A program made the position numbers and the translations under genes. From the NCBI GenBank assembly GCA_963780225.1, contig CAWAAX010000011.1, positions 1-64,000 on the forward strand: a stretch of 64,000 bases of DNA, in the 5' to 3' direction. This DNA is from an uncultured bacterium. GTDB lineage: Bacteria; Edwardsbacteria; AC1; EtOH8. Below, one piece after another: positions 1 to 10,378 of this stretch (position 1 is the stretch's first letter; every line of letters begins with the position of its first letter). The notes below the pieces were generated by a model. It had not been told where the DNA came from. It saw nothing but the letters and a program-made list of their open reading frames with translations, and did not search any database.

Positions 1-513
1 GAAGTATTGCAGGGCCTGCGCCAGCATCTTTTCAACAACCAGGTCTGGCCGGATTTCACCGCCATACCAGACCGGAAACGGGCGGTATATCAATTATGCC
101 CGCTGAAGGAAAACCGGATTACCAGGATCGGCAAATACACGGTTAAGGCCGTCAAGGTCAGCCACTCCGTGCCCACCGCAGGCTTTATAATCTCGGACGG
201 CAAATCCAGCCTGCTTTATACCGCCGATACCCGGCCCACCGAACGCATCTGGCAGGAAGCCAAAAAGGTGAAAGACCTGAAGGCGGTGCTGATAGAAACC
301 TCCTTTCCCAACCGCCTCCAGAACCTGGCAGATGTCTCCGGCCACCTGACGCCCAAAACCCTGGCCGGGGAGATCACCAAGTCCGGACTGAAGGTGCCGT
401 TCTACGTGTTCCACATCAAGGCCCTGTTCGCAAAGGAGATCCGGCAGGAGATCGCCGCCCTGAACAATTCCCGGATCCGGCTGGCTCGGGAAGGCGCCCG
501 ATATACATTTTAA
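1..513 (+). CDS. MBL-fold hydrolase, class II cyclic-nucleotide phosphodiesterase-like (5' truncated by window)
   Basis: Motifs HSVPTAGFII, LLYTADT and ETSFPN...GHLTP; the reading frame is open to the window edge. Confidence 0.75.
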   Translation, partial: EVLQGLRQHLFNNQVWPDFTAIPDRKRAVYQLCPLKENRITRIGKYTVKAVKVSHSVPTAGFIISDGKSSLLYTADTRPTERIWQEAKKVKDLKAVLIETSFPNRLQNLADVSGHLTPKTLAGEITKSGLKVPFYVFHIKALFAKEIRQEIAALNNSRIRLAREGARYTF

Positions 514-557
514 AGTTTCACTTATTGGCCTGTTATTTACACTTGAAACCAATACCC

Positions 558-597
558 GGCCGGAGCACCAGGATGCGTGTTCCGGCCTTATTTTTTG
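558..597 (+). terminator. Intrinsic terminator
   Basis: Hairpin GGCCGGAGCAC/GTGTTCCGGCC followed by TTATTTTTT. Confidence 0.7.
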
Positions 598-598
598 C

Positions 599-627
599 TT
601 GCAAAAGCATCAAGAATGCCATAGAAT
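599..627 (+). promoter_or_regulatory. Sigma70-type promoter
   Basis: TTGCAA-17-TAGAAT upstream of the TTG start at 675. Confidence 0.5.
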
Positions 628-674
628 ATGATATTCTGATAGCTTTTATCTTAAATCATTCAAGGGTTAAAAAA

Positions 675-2333
675 TTGAAAAAATATCCCATCTTACTGCT
701 GTTAGGTCTATCCCTTACCGCCGGTTGTGTTAAAAGACAGGTGCTGGATCCCGGGCAGGCCAACCTGGCCCTGCTGGATCACATAGACCTGGCTGCCGCC
801 CAGGAGGATCAGGGAAACCTTAAGGGAGCCATCAAGACCTATAAGCAGGCCCTTAAGTTAAACCAGAATTCGGCCCTGCTGCATTTGTACATAGCCCAGG
901 ACTATTATGAACTGGGCAATGACACCCTGGCGGCGCTGTATGCCAGGAAGGCTGCCCGGCTTGACTCCGCCAATGCCGATCCGCACCTGATACTGGGCAA
1001 CTCTTACCTGATAGCCAAGGACTGGCCGGCGGCCCTGGCCGAATACCAAAGGGCTTTCCAACTGGATCCCAGAAACAGCGAGGTCGCGGTCACCCTGGCC
1101 GGGCTGCATGAAGTGCTAAACCAGCCGGATTCGGCCCAGGCAGTTTTGGTTCAGGCCATGGAGCAGAATGATGACCCGGAGCTTCAGGTCCAGCTGGCCG
1201 GGGTGCTGGCCCGGTCCAAAAAATACCAGCCGGCCATAGAGCAATACCGGTCTGTTTTGCTGAGCGATCCCCAGAATGCCAAGGCCTCCCTTTCCCTGGC
1301 CGCGCTTTACGAAGCGAGGGAACAGCCGGACTCGGCCTACATTTATTATCTTTTGGCCGAAGAACTCTCTCCCAAGAACCAATACCTTAAAAGGCACATC
1401 TTCAACCTGCTGCTTTTGAAGAACGATTATCCCAAAGCCATCCTTAAGGCCGAGGACATCCTGGCGCTGGGGGTCAAGGATAGGAATTTACGGCTGCAAC
1501 TGGCCCGTCTCTATTACCAGCAGAAGGACTTCCCCAATGCCTTTCTGAACTTTGACCTGCTGCTGCAGGAAGACAGCCTTAACACCGAGGCACTGTACAC
1601 CCTGGCCCGCCTTAAGATGGAGCAAAAGCAATACCAGGAGGCTTCCGGGTATTTCAGCCGGACCCTGAAGATACTGCCCCGCCTGTCCGAGGGCTGGCTG
1701 AACCTGGGAATCTGCCAGCTGGCCCGGGACCAAAAGGACTCGGCTGAAGTATCCTTCAAAAGATCCCGCCGCCACGGCAACAAGATGCAGCTGGATTACA
1801 TCTGGGGTTACGCCTATGTCCAGCTGGAGCAGTATTCCCAGGCCATCCCCCATTACCTTAAACTTTATCCCAAAAACAAAAAGGACCTGAACCTGGTCTT
1901 CAACCTGGCCACCGCCTATGAGAGGTCGGGATATTTTGAAGCGGCCGAGCGTTATTTTCTGCTGCTGCTGGCCCGCCAGCCCAGGAATCACCTGGCATTG
2001 AATTATCTGGGCTATATGTACGCCGAGCGGGGCATAAACCTGGATCAGGCCGAGACCATGGTGGCCCAGGCCCTGCAGGCTGAACCGGAAAACGCCTATT
2101 ACATCGACAGCATGGGCTGGATCTACTTTAAGCAGGGGAAAATGTCCCGGGCCGGAGCGGAACTGGAGCGGGCGGTCAAGCTGATGCCCGAAGATGCCGC
2201 CATGCGCGACCATTTAGGGGACGCTTATCTGGCCCAGGGCCAAAAGGAACAGGCCTTGGAACAGTGGCGCAAGGCCCTGGAGCTTGATCCTAAAAAAGAA
2301 GATATCAAGAAGAAGATCGAGGCCCATGAATAA
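675..2333 (+). CDS. TPR-repeat lipoprotein
   Basis: Lipobox LTAGC after a TTG start; many TPRs; C-terminal ALNYLGY/YIDSMGW/DHLGDAY pattern. Confidence 0.85.
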   Translation: MKKYPILLLLGLSLTAGCVKRQVLDPGQANLALLDHIDLAAAQEDQGNLKGAIKTYKQALKLNQNSALLHLYIAQDYYELGNDTLAALYARKAARLDSANADPHLILGNSYLIAKDWPAALAEYQRAFQLDPRNSEVAVTLAGLHEVLNQPDSAQAVLVQAMEQNDDPELQVQLAGVLARSKKYQPAIEQYRSVLLSDPQNAKASLSLAALYEAREQPDSAYIYYLLAEELSPKNQYLKRHIFNLLLLKNDYPKAILKAEDILALGVKDRNLRLQLARLYYQQKDFPNAFLNFDLLLQEDSLNTEALYTLARLKMEQKQYQEASGYFSRTLKILPRLSEGWLNLGICQLARDQKDSAEVSFKRSRRHGNKMQLDYIWGYAYVQLEQYSQAIPHYLKLYPKNKKDLNLVFNLATAYERSGYFEAAERYFLLLLARQPRNHLALNYLGYMYAERGINLDQAETMVAQALQAEPENAYYIDSMGWIYFKQGKMSRAGAELERAVKLMPEDAAMRDHLGDAYLAQGQKEQALEQWRKALELDPKKEDIKKKIEAHE

Positions 2334-3102
2334 ACTTAAACGCCGGCTGCTACCGTTTTGCATTTTAACATTTGCATTTTGCATTTTGACGAGCTGTTCC
2401 CATTTTAGAACCAAGCCCCAGAAGCCCACCCCCGAAAAGGTCTGGCAGCAGGTGCAGCAGGGTTATTCCGAACCGCGCCCGCCTTATCTGGCCGAGGGAG
2501 ACATCAGTCTTCGTTCCCCGGATTTCAACCAGTCATTTTCCTTCACCCTGCGCTGGGAAAGCCCCCAGAGGATGAGGATAGACATCTCGGGCTTCCTGGG
2601 CTTTACCCTGGCCTCGGCCGCGGTCTGCGACAGCCTGGCCTGGCTGAACATTCCAATCAAGAGCGTTTACCTTAAGGGGCAGATCCAGCGGATAGACTCG
2701 GCCTCGGCCCAGGCCCTGGGATTCTCCCTGGACCAGTTCCTGAAGATGCTGGAGGGCCGCCCGCCCCTGCCCCCGGGCAAATGCGACTTTGCCGGGGAGG
2801 ACGAACTGGTGAACTTTAGCTATCAGGACAGCCTGGCGGCCTACATTTTCCGGGTGGACCCCAAGATCGGGCGGATAGCGGAATACCGGGTGCAGAGCGG
2901 GACCGGGGACCTGCAGCAGATCAGCTACGGCAGCTGGCGTACGCTTGACCAGGGCTCCAGGCCATATTCCATTGAGATGAAAAAACCACGGCAGGAACTT
3001 GAGCTGTCAATCAACTTCCGGAAGATATCCCCGGCGGAGATCTTCAAACCTGAGACCTGGCAGCAGCCATTGCCCAAAGGCGTAAATCCGGGCGAGTTTT
3101 AA
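2326..3102 (+). CDS. Lipoprotein, LolB/DUF4292-like
   Basis: Lipobox LTSC; RMRIDISGFLG strand motif; follows the TPR lipoprotein. Confidence 0.6.
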   Translation: MNKLKRRLLPFCILTFAFCILTSCSHFRTKPQKPTPEKVWQQVQQGYSEPRPPYLAEGDISLRSPDFNQSFSFTLRWESPQRMRIDISGFLGFTLASAAVCDSLAWLNIPIKSVYLKGQIQRIDSASAQALGFSLDQFLKMLEGRPPLPPGKCDFAGEDELVNFSYQDSLAAYIFRVDPKIGRIAEYRVQSGTGDLQQISYGSWRTLDQGSRPYSIEMKKPRQELELSINFRKISPAEIFKPETWQQPLPKGVNPGEF

Positions 3103-3103
3103 A

Positions 3104-3652
3104 ATGAACCAAAACAAATACGGCTGGAAGACCCTGTCTTCCAGGATAGCCTACAAGAATCCCTGGATCTCGGTGCGGCACGACCGCATCGCCTATCCCG
3201 GCGGCCGCAAAGGGATTTACGGCGTGGTCCAGAAAGATCCGGGGGTGGCCGTGGTGGCGGTGAACGATGCGGGAAGAATATATCTGGTCAAACAATACCG
3301 CTATACCCTGGACGATGTCTTCTACGAACTCCCGGCTGGGGCCATCCACAAAAGAGAAAGCGCCCTGGCTTCCGCCAAGCGGGAGCTGTGGGAGGAGATC
3401 GGACTTAAAGCCGTTAAATGGAAAAGGCTGGGCAATTTTTACACCGCCCTGGGACACGAGAATGCCGAGATCATAGTGTATCTGGCCAGAGGGGTGAAAC
3501 ATCCCAAGGTCTCCAGCCTTAACCAGCAGCATGACGAAACCATCCTGGAAATAGCGGAGTTATCTCCGGCCGAAGTAAAAATGATGATCCGAAGCAACAA
3601 GCTAAATTGCGGCATCACCCTGGCCGCGCTGAACCTTTACTTCTTGTCGTGA
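3104..3652 (+). CDS. NUDIX hydrolase (ADP-ribose pyrophosphatase-like)
   Basis: Nudix box ELPAGAIHKRESALASAKRELWEEIG; QYRY motif. Confidence 0.9.
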   Translation: MNQNKYGWKTLSSRIAYKNPWISVRHDRIAYPGGRKGIYGVVQKDPGVAVVAVNDAGRIYLVKQYRYTLDDVFYELPAGAIHKRESALASAKRELWEEIGLKAVKWKRLGNFYTALGHENAEIIVYLARGVKHPKVSSLNQQHDETILEIAELSPAEVKMMIRSNKLNCGITLAALNLYFLS

Positions 3653-4299
3653 AAAGCGGAACCATCATATTCTACAGCGACCAGGTGATACCGGAGAACG
3701 AACGGCTTGACAAAAGAATTTTCGAGATCTCCGGCAAGGCCCGGCCCAAGCTGGCCTACATCCCTTCGGCCTCGGACGCCACCAGGAAGTATTATAATGA
3801 CAAGTGCGAATACTACCAAAAGTACGGCATAGAAGATATCCTGTATTATGACCTGAACAAGGGATACGATCCGTCCAAGACAGACGAACTGCTGACCTGC
3901 GATGCCATCCACCTATCCGGGGGCGACCCCTTCCAATTCCTGGGTTCGATCAGGAAAAGGAACTTCGGCCCGGTGCTTAAGAAATATTGGGAGGATGGCG
4001 GAATTTTACTTGGCATCAGCGCCGGGGCCATTGTGCTCACTCCCAGCATCAATATCTCGCACGTCTTCTACCAGAGCCGGACGGATAAGCACCAGGCGGT
4101 GGGTCTGGTGGACTTTCACTTTCTTCCCCACTGGAACCTGCGGGAAGGCAAAACTGAGGACGTTAAGCGGTTCTCCCAAGAGAACCAAGCCACGGTCTAT
4201 GCATGCAAAGACGGGGACGGGATGGTCATCCGTGATGGAAAGATGGAACTGGTGGGAGAATTGTTGAAGATAGAGAACGGAAACATACAACCAAAATAG
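3649..4299 (+). CDS. Peptidase S51 (dipeptidase E)-family protein
   Basis: YIPSAS, LSGGD, GISAGA and FLPH motifs; GTGA overlap with the upstream stop. Confidence 0.85.
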   Translation: MKSGTIIFYSDQVIPENERLDKRIFEISGKARPKLAYIPSASDATRKYYNDKCEYYQKYGIEDILYYDLNKGYDPSKTDELLTCDAIHLSGGDPFQFLGSIRKRNFGPVLKKYWEDGGILLGISAGAIVLTPSINISHVFYQSRTDKHQAVGLVDFHFLPHWNLREGKTEDVKRFSQENQATVYACKDGDGMVIRDGKMELVGELLKIENGNIQPK

Positions 4300-4309
4300 C
4301 ATACGAGCA

Positions 4310-4726
4310 ATGAACTGCATAATAGTATACTCCACCTTCCCCTCAAAGGAAGATGCCGCCAAGACAGCCCGCACCCTGCTGGAGGAACAGCTGGCGGCCG
4401 GGGCCAACATCATCCAGGCCGAATCCATGTTCCGCTGGCAGGGAAAGATCGAACAGCGGAACGAGTGGGCGGTGTTCTTCCAGGCCGAACACCGGTTCTT
4501 CAAGCGGATCGAGCGCCGGATCAAGCAGCTGCACCCGGACACGGTGCCCCAGATAGTGATGTGGCGGATCCGGGACGGCTACACCCCTTTCTTACAATGG
4601 ATCCTGGACGAGACCGTGCGGCCGGTGTTGAAAAAGGAAGGAAAAGAAAAAGGCAAGGCATACCGGGCTAAGAAAACCCTGTTATTAAAGGGGAAGAAAG
4701 AAGATGGAATGCAACAAAACAACTAA
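4310..4726 (+). CDS. cutA: Divalent-cation tolerance protein CutA with a basic C-terminal tail
   Basis: VYSTFPS, LLEEQLAA, SMFRWQGK and LHP..VPQI motifs. Confidence 0.8.
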   Translation: MNCIIVYSTFPSKEDAAKTARTLLEEQLAAGANIIQAESMFRWQGKIEQRNEWAVFFQAEHRFFKRIERRIKQLHPDTVPQIVMWRIRDGYTPFLQWILDETVRPVLKKEGKEKGKAYRAKKTLLLKGKKEDGMQQNN

Positions 4727-4898
4727 TCTCACAAACTGCACCTGCACCTACTCCCCCTGCTCCCGCAAGGGCCTGTGCTGTGAGTGCGTGGCCTACCACC
4801 GAAAGAACGGCGAGATCCCCGGCTGTTTCTTCTCCAAGAACGGAGAGGCCAGTTACGACCGCTCCATAACAGCATTTTTGAGGGACCATGGAAAGTGA
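4704..4898 (+). CDS. Small Cys-rich protein (DUF6485-like)
   Basis: CTCTYSPCSRKGLCCECVAYH...PGCFF...YDRS. Confidence 0.75.
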   Translation: MECNKTTNLTNCTCTYSPCSRKGLCCECVAYHRKNGEIPGCFFSKNGEASYDRSITAFLRDHGK

Positions 4899-5187
4899 GC
4901 ATAAAAAACAAGGTTTCTTCCGGGAGCTTATCAGCGACTTCGGCGCTTTGGCCTCCATGCTCCGGGACTCCTTCAAAAAACGCTATCCGGTAACGCCCGG
5001 ATGGACGCTGTTCGGCATAGCCGTGGCCCTGGTCTACATCATCAATCCCTTTGACATCGTGCCCGACGCCATTCCCTTTTTCGGGGCTATAGACGATGCC
5101 GCCGTGGCTGCCCTGGAGCTGGCCCTGATCCGCAAGGACCTGCGCAAATACCGGAAATGGCGGGAAGAACAAAAGTCAGGAAAATAG
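4888..5187 (+). CDS. YkvA/DUF1232 membrane protein
   Basis: YIINPFDIVPDAIPFFGAIDD motif. Confidence 0.9.
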   Translation: MESEHKKQGFFRELISDFGALASMLRDSFKKRYPVTPGWTLFGIAVALVYIINPFDIVPDAIPFFGAIDDAAVAALELALIRKDLRKYRKWREEQKSGK

Positions 5188-5188
5188 C

Positions 5189-5695
5189 ATGGAAGATTTC
5201 CGTTACGACAGTTACTGCGGGCTGTACTGCGGAGCCTGCGAGATCATCAAGGCATATCAGAAGGAGCTTGCCACCGGTGCCAAGGCCGGGTGGGAAGACC
5301 TGCCGGAACGGTTCCGGAAGAACATCAGGACGGCCGAACTGGTCTGCCGGGGCTGCAAGACCGATACCGTGTTCGAAGGCTGCCGGGGCTGTTCCCTAAG
5401 GGCCTGCGCCAGGGAAAAGAAGGTAGAGTCCTGCATCCTGTGCGTAGAGTACCCCTGCCAACTGGTTAAGGACAGGCAGGATCATATGACCAAGGCCCGC
5501 ACCACCCTGCCGCACACCAGGGTCATGTTCCGGAACCTTGAGACGATCAGGGAAAAAGGAATGGACGGGTGGATCAAAGAGCGGGAACACGACTGGAAAT
5601 GCCCCCAGTGCGGAGCAAAGTTCTCCTGGTACCAGGAAACGTGCGAAAAATGCGGCCGGGAGCTGGTATCATTGAAGGAATATAATAAATTCTAA
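5189..5695 (+). CDS. DUF3795 Cys-rich protein
   Basis: CGLYCGAC, CRGCK, CILCVEYPC and a C-terminal CPQCG...CEKCG. Confidence 0.8.
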   Translation: MEDFRYDSYCGLYCGACEIIKAYQKELATGAKAGWEDLPERFRKNIRTAELVCRGCKTDTVFEGCRGCSLRACAREKKVESCILCVEYPCQLVKDRQDHMTKARTTLPHTRVMFRNLETIREKGMDGWIKEREHDWKCPQCGAKFSWYQETCEKCGRELVSLKEYNKF

Positions 5696-5748
5696 ATGTT
5701 TATCTAATTTGCTCAGGAAAAGAAGAATTAATATAGTGGCCCTGGCAA

Positions 5749-6001
5749 AAACGCAGATTTTATCCCGTTATGTTCTTTTTCTTTTTTGTACCGCCAACTA
5801 AGAAAAAGAACCAAAAAGAAAAAAGCTCGTCGCAAAAAACTATCCGGGTCGCGCTTACGCCAAGGCTTCAGCGGACCCGCGTTGCGCTTCTCGCTGCCGG
5901 CGGGCTTGTCTGAACTCGGGCTTTGGCCAAGCCCTCAAACACGCCAGACAAGCTTTTAACCGCCGTCAACTGCGATGCTCACTGATAGTTCTTAACGCGA
6001 C
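5749..6001 (+). repeat. Structured dispersed element, copy 1 (ncRNA or MITE-like) with a 31-nt internal insertion
   Basis: Aligns over its full length to the reverse complement of 49788-50006; multi-stem structure. Confidence 0.85.
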
Positions 6002-6085
6002 AACCGGGGTTGGAACCAGTTGATCAGTCCATGTTTCCTGAGCCGATAGGATAGTCATTAAACTCAAAATACTCGGAGCTATAAA

Positions 6086-7534
<1,449 letters not shown>

Positions 7535-7622
7535 TACTGTTTAATTAACCGCTAAGACGCGAAGAAACACCTATTTTACAATAATATAAATAGAAAACAC
7601 TAACTGTTGAAGGTGATTTCAA

Positions 7623-7916
7623 ATGCATTACTTTGGTATATTTTTAGAGATAATAATGATTTCGTTTGGGATTATGATGATTTTTCAGATGTTGGCTTCT
7701 AAAAATATATACACCAACTACAAAAAAGGTGCTTCAGGATTTATTCTGTTTACATCCGTCTTTGTAATTGAATTAATCAATGATTGTATTTTGAAATTAA
7801 GGTTTCTTGGCGTTTTAGATATAATATTGAAATTTATTGAACTAATACTTCTTGTTGTTGGTTCTATTTTTATTTTTAGATTATCTAAGATTAAAATCAA
7901 TAAAAACAGGGAATAA
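7623..7916 (+). CDS. AT-rich small membrane protein, hypothetical
   Basis: Three hydrophobic segments; AAGGTG SD; visibly low GC. Confidence 0.6.
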   Translation: MHYFGIFLEIIMISFGIMMIFQMLASKNIYTNYKKGASGFILFTSVFVIELINDCILKLRFLGVLDIILKFIELILLVVGSIFIFRLSKIKINKNRE

Positions 7917-7927
7917 AGAAGACAGTA

Positions 7928-8626
7928 ATGCTGGGAACCATCGCCAATACCGCCGCCGTGATCGTGGGCAGTCTTTTAGGCCTGCTGCTGCACAAACGCA
8001 TGCCGGAGAAATTTTCCGCCATCGTGATGCAGGCCATCGGCCTGTTCACCCTGATCGTGGGGCTGGACTTGTCCTTCAAAAGCCCCCACCTGTTCATAGT
8101 GCTAATCGCCATGGTGCTGGGCGGCCTGCTGGGCCAGTGGTGGGACATCGAGCAAAGGCTGGAGGATCTGGGCCAAGCGCTGGAGGCCAGGTTCTCCAAA
8201 GGCAGAAGCGACAAGTTCGTCACCGGCTTCGTTACCGCCTCCCTGCTGTTCTGCGTCGGGCCCATGACCATAGTGGGCTGTCTGCAGGACGGGCTTAAGA
8301 ACGACCACACACTTCTTTTCACCAAGTCCCTGATGGACGGCATCAGCTCCATCGCCCTGGCGGCCTCGCTGGGCCTGGGCATCATCTTCTCGGCCCTGGT
8401 GGTTTTATTGTATCAGGGTCTTTTGACACTGGCGGCCTATCTGTTCCAGGGCATTTTGCCCGGAGCCTATATTGACGTAATGTCCGCTGCCGGCGGACTG
8501 CTGGTGCTGGGCATCGGGTTGAACCTGCTGGGCAACCTGAAGCTTAAGGTGGCCAACCTGCTACCGGCGGTGTTTCTGGCACCCCTGCTGCTTTGGCTTG
8601 GCGCCTGGCTGGGATGGGTCAGGTAG
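7928..8626 (+). CDS. DUF554 (YqgA-like) membrane protein
   Basis: MLGTIAN; GFVTASLLFCVGPM; KSLMDG; KVANLLPA. Confidence 0.9.
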   Translation: MLGTIANTAAVIVGSLLGLLLHKRMPEKFSAIVMQAIGLFTLIVGLDLSFKSPHLFIVLIAMVLGGLLGQWWDIEQRLEDLGQALEARFSKGRSDKFVTGFVTASLLFCVGPMTIVGCLQDGLKNDHTLLFTKSLMDGISSIALAASLGLGIIFSALVVLLYQGLLTLAAYLFQGILPGAYIDVMSAAGGLLVLGIGLNLLGNLKLKVANLLPAVFLAPLLLWLGAWLGWVR

Positions 8627-9310
8627 ATGGCGGATCCTTACAAATATACCGAAGAACTCCGCGACCTGTCCGCATCCCTGGGCATGTCGGTGTTCGGGGT
8701 GACGGAGCTGGAGCCGGTACGCCAGACCTTTCATCCGCAGCTGGAAGGGCCGGCCAAAGGGCTGAAGTACGGAATAGTGGCCGGCATCAGGCTTTCGGAC
8801 CCGGTGATCGATGATATAGTTGATCAACCGACGTTTCTCTACAAGTACCATTACCAGACCGCCAATGACGCTTTGGACCGGGCTGCCACTGCGTTCGGAT
8901 TTTACATCCAGCAAAAAGGCTTTAAGGCCCTGCCCATCCCCGCCTCCCAGACGGTGGACTGGGTAAAGCACCTGGGGCACCTGTCCCACAAGGCACTGGC
9001 CGTGCAGGCCGGGCTGGGCTGGATCGGCCGGTCGGCCCTGTTCATCCACCCTTTGCACCGGGCCAGACTGCGCCTGGTCAGCGTGCTGACCGATATGCCG
9101 CTTGAGCCCGGCTCGCCCGTCAAGGGCGAATGCGGCGCCTGCCGGCGCTGCCTGGCGGCCTGCCCGGCCGGGGCCATCACCGAACAGGGCTACGACAAGC
9201 CCAAGTGCATCGCCAAGCTCAAGGAGTTCTCCCGCCGGCCAGGAATAAACCAATACATCTGCGGGGTCTGCGTCAAAGCCTGCCAGGGCGTGACCAAAGA
9301 AAATAGATGA
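8627..9310 (+). CDS. QueG-like (epoxyqueuosine reductase family) 4Fe-4S protein
   Basis: SHKALAVQAGLGWIGRS, CGACRRCLAACP and CGVCVKAC motifs. Confidence 0.75.
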   Translation: MADPYKYTEELRDLSASLGMSVFGVTELEPVRQTFHPQLEGPAKGLKYGIVAGIRLSDPVIDDIVDQPTFLYKYHYQTANDALDRAATAFGFYIQQKGFKALPIPASQTVDWVKHLGHLSHKALAVQAGLGWIGRSALFIHPLHRARLRLVSVLTDMPLEPGSPVKGECGACRRCLAACPAGAITEQGYDKPKCIAKLKEFSRRPGINQYICGVCVKACQGVTKENR

Positions 9311-9374
9311 ATGATAACAGGTTTTCTCCAAACATGATATTTTATTTTTTAATTTTGATTTTTGATTTTAGTTT

Positions 9375-9917
9375 ATGTCCCTCCCCCATCAACCCCAGCC
9401 GGTAAAATATTTCCTGGGCCTGATCTACAACTGTCAGGTCAGCCTGTGGGATCTGGAACGGGTTCTGCAGAGCAAGTTCGATTTCATCGACCGCAAGAGT
9501 CCGGTGCTGGAATTCGACGGCTTCACTGACTTTTACCAGAAGGAGATGGGCTCAAACCTTTACCGCACCTGGTGGAGCCTGCACCGCCTGCAAAGCCCGG
9601 ACCGGCTGGCCGAATTTAAGCTTCTGGCCAATGAGCTTGAGGACCAGTACAGCCGGGAGGCGGAGACCCAGGGCCGGATAGTGAACATCGATCCTGGTTA
9701 CATTAACGAATCACGCCTGGTGCTGGCTTCCTGCAAGGATTTCTCCCACCGCATCCACCTGGGCAAGGGGATCTTTGCCGAGACCACCCTGATATACAAG
9801 GGCGACGGCTTCCAGCCCCTGGAATGGACCTATCCAGATTACCAAAGCCCGGAGGCCCTGAAATATTTTGAAACATTGAAACAAGACTATCGCAGCCAGC
9901 TAAAAGGAGAAAAATGA
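9375..9917 (+). CDS. DUF4416 family protein
   Basis: FYQKEMG; RIVNIDPGY; LASCKDFSHRIHLGKG; WTYPDY. Confidence 0.85.
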   Translation: MSLPHQPQPVKYFLGLIYNCQVSLWDLERVLQSKFDFIDRKSPVLEFDGFTDFYQKEMGSNLYRTWWSLHRLQSPDRLAEFKLLANELEDQYSREAETQGRIVNIDPGYINESRLVLASCKDFSHRIHLGKGIFAETTLIYKGDGFQPLEWTYPDYQSPEALKYFETLKQDYRSQLKGEK

Positions 9918-10378
9918 GCCCGGAACAAGTTTCTGAATCAGCCGTAATATTTGAGTGGACGGTGCACCCCCTGGCCGAGTCCCCCAAACGGGCCGTGATA
10001 GCGGTTTTGGCCCCGGTGGTGACCTGCCTGCTGGTCTATTTCTGGATGCAGTCCTGGCAACCGTGGTTATGGGTGGGTCTGGCCTTTTTGCTGATCGTCT
10101 CTTCCGAACTGCCGTTCTTTTTCAAGACCAGCTACCGCTTCGACGAAAAGGGGATATCCCAGAAGCGGGGCGGGGTGGTCCAATCCCGGACCTGGGAGCA
10201 GATCAAAAGCTACTATCCCGACCGCACCGGGGTGCTGGTCTCGCCCTTCGTTCAGAAGACCTGGCTGGAGAACTTCCGGGGATTGTACCTGCAGTTTGGG
10301 AAGCACCGGGAGGAAGTATTGAAGCATTTGGGAAAAAAGATCCCGCAAGACAAACCACTCCTTAAAGCAGAGGTTTAA
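9914..10378 (+). CDS. Hypothetical two-TM membrane protein
   Basis: ATGA overlap; two hydrophobic helices followed by a soluble domain. Confidence 0.7.
   Translation: MSPEQVSESAVIFEWTVHPLAESPKRAVIAVLAPVVTCLLVYFWMQSWQPWLWVGLAFLLIVSSELPFFFKTSYRFDEKGISQKRGGVVQSRTWEQIKSYYPDRTGVLVSPFVQKTWLENFRGLYLQFGKHREEVLKHLGKKIPQDKPLLKAEV

Noticed and set aside
525..674. Extended N-terminus of the TPR ORF as given in the ORF track
   Set aside because: It spans a terminator and a promoter; the lipoprotein signal begins at TTG 675.
4704..4898. Cys-rich peptide as the substrate of the radical SAM/SPASM enzyme
   Set aside because: It lies more than 50 kb away, resembles a stand-alone metal-binding family and has no leader/core layout.
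5749..6001. Group II intron remnant or known riboswitch
   Set aside because: I could not find a domain V catalytic-triad hairpin or a recognisable aptamer consensus by eye; an Rfam search is still needed.
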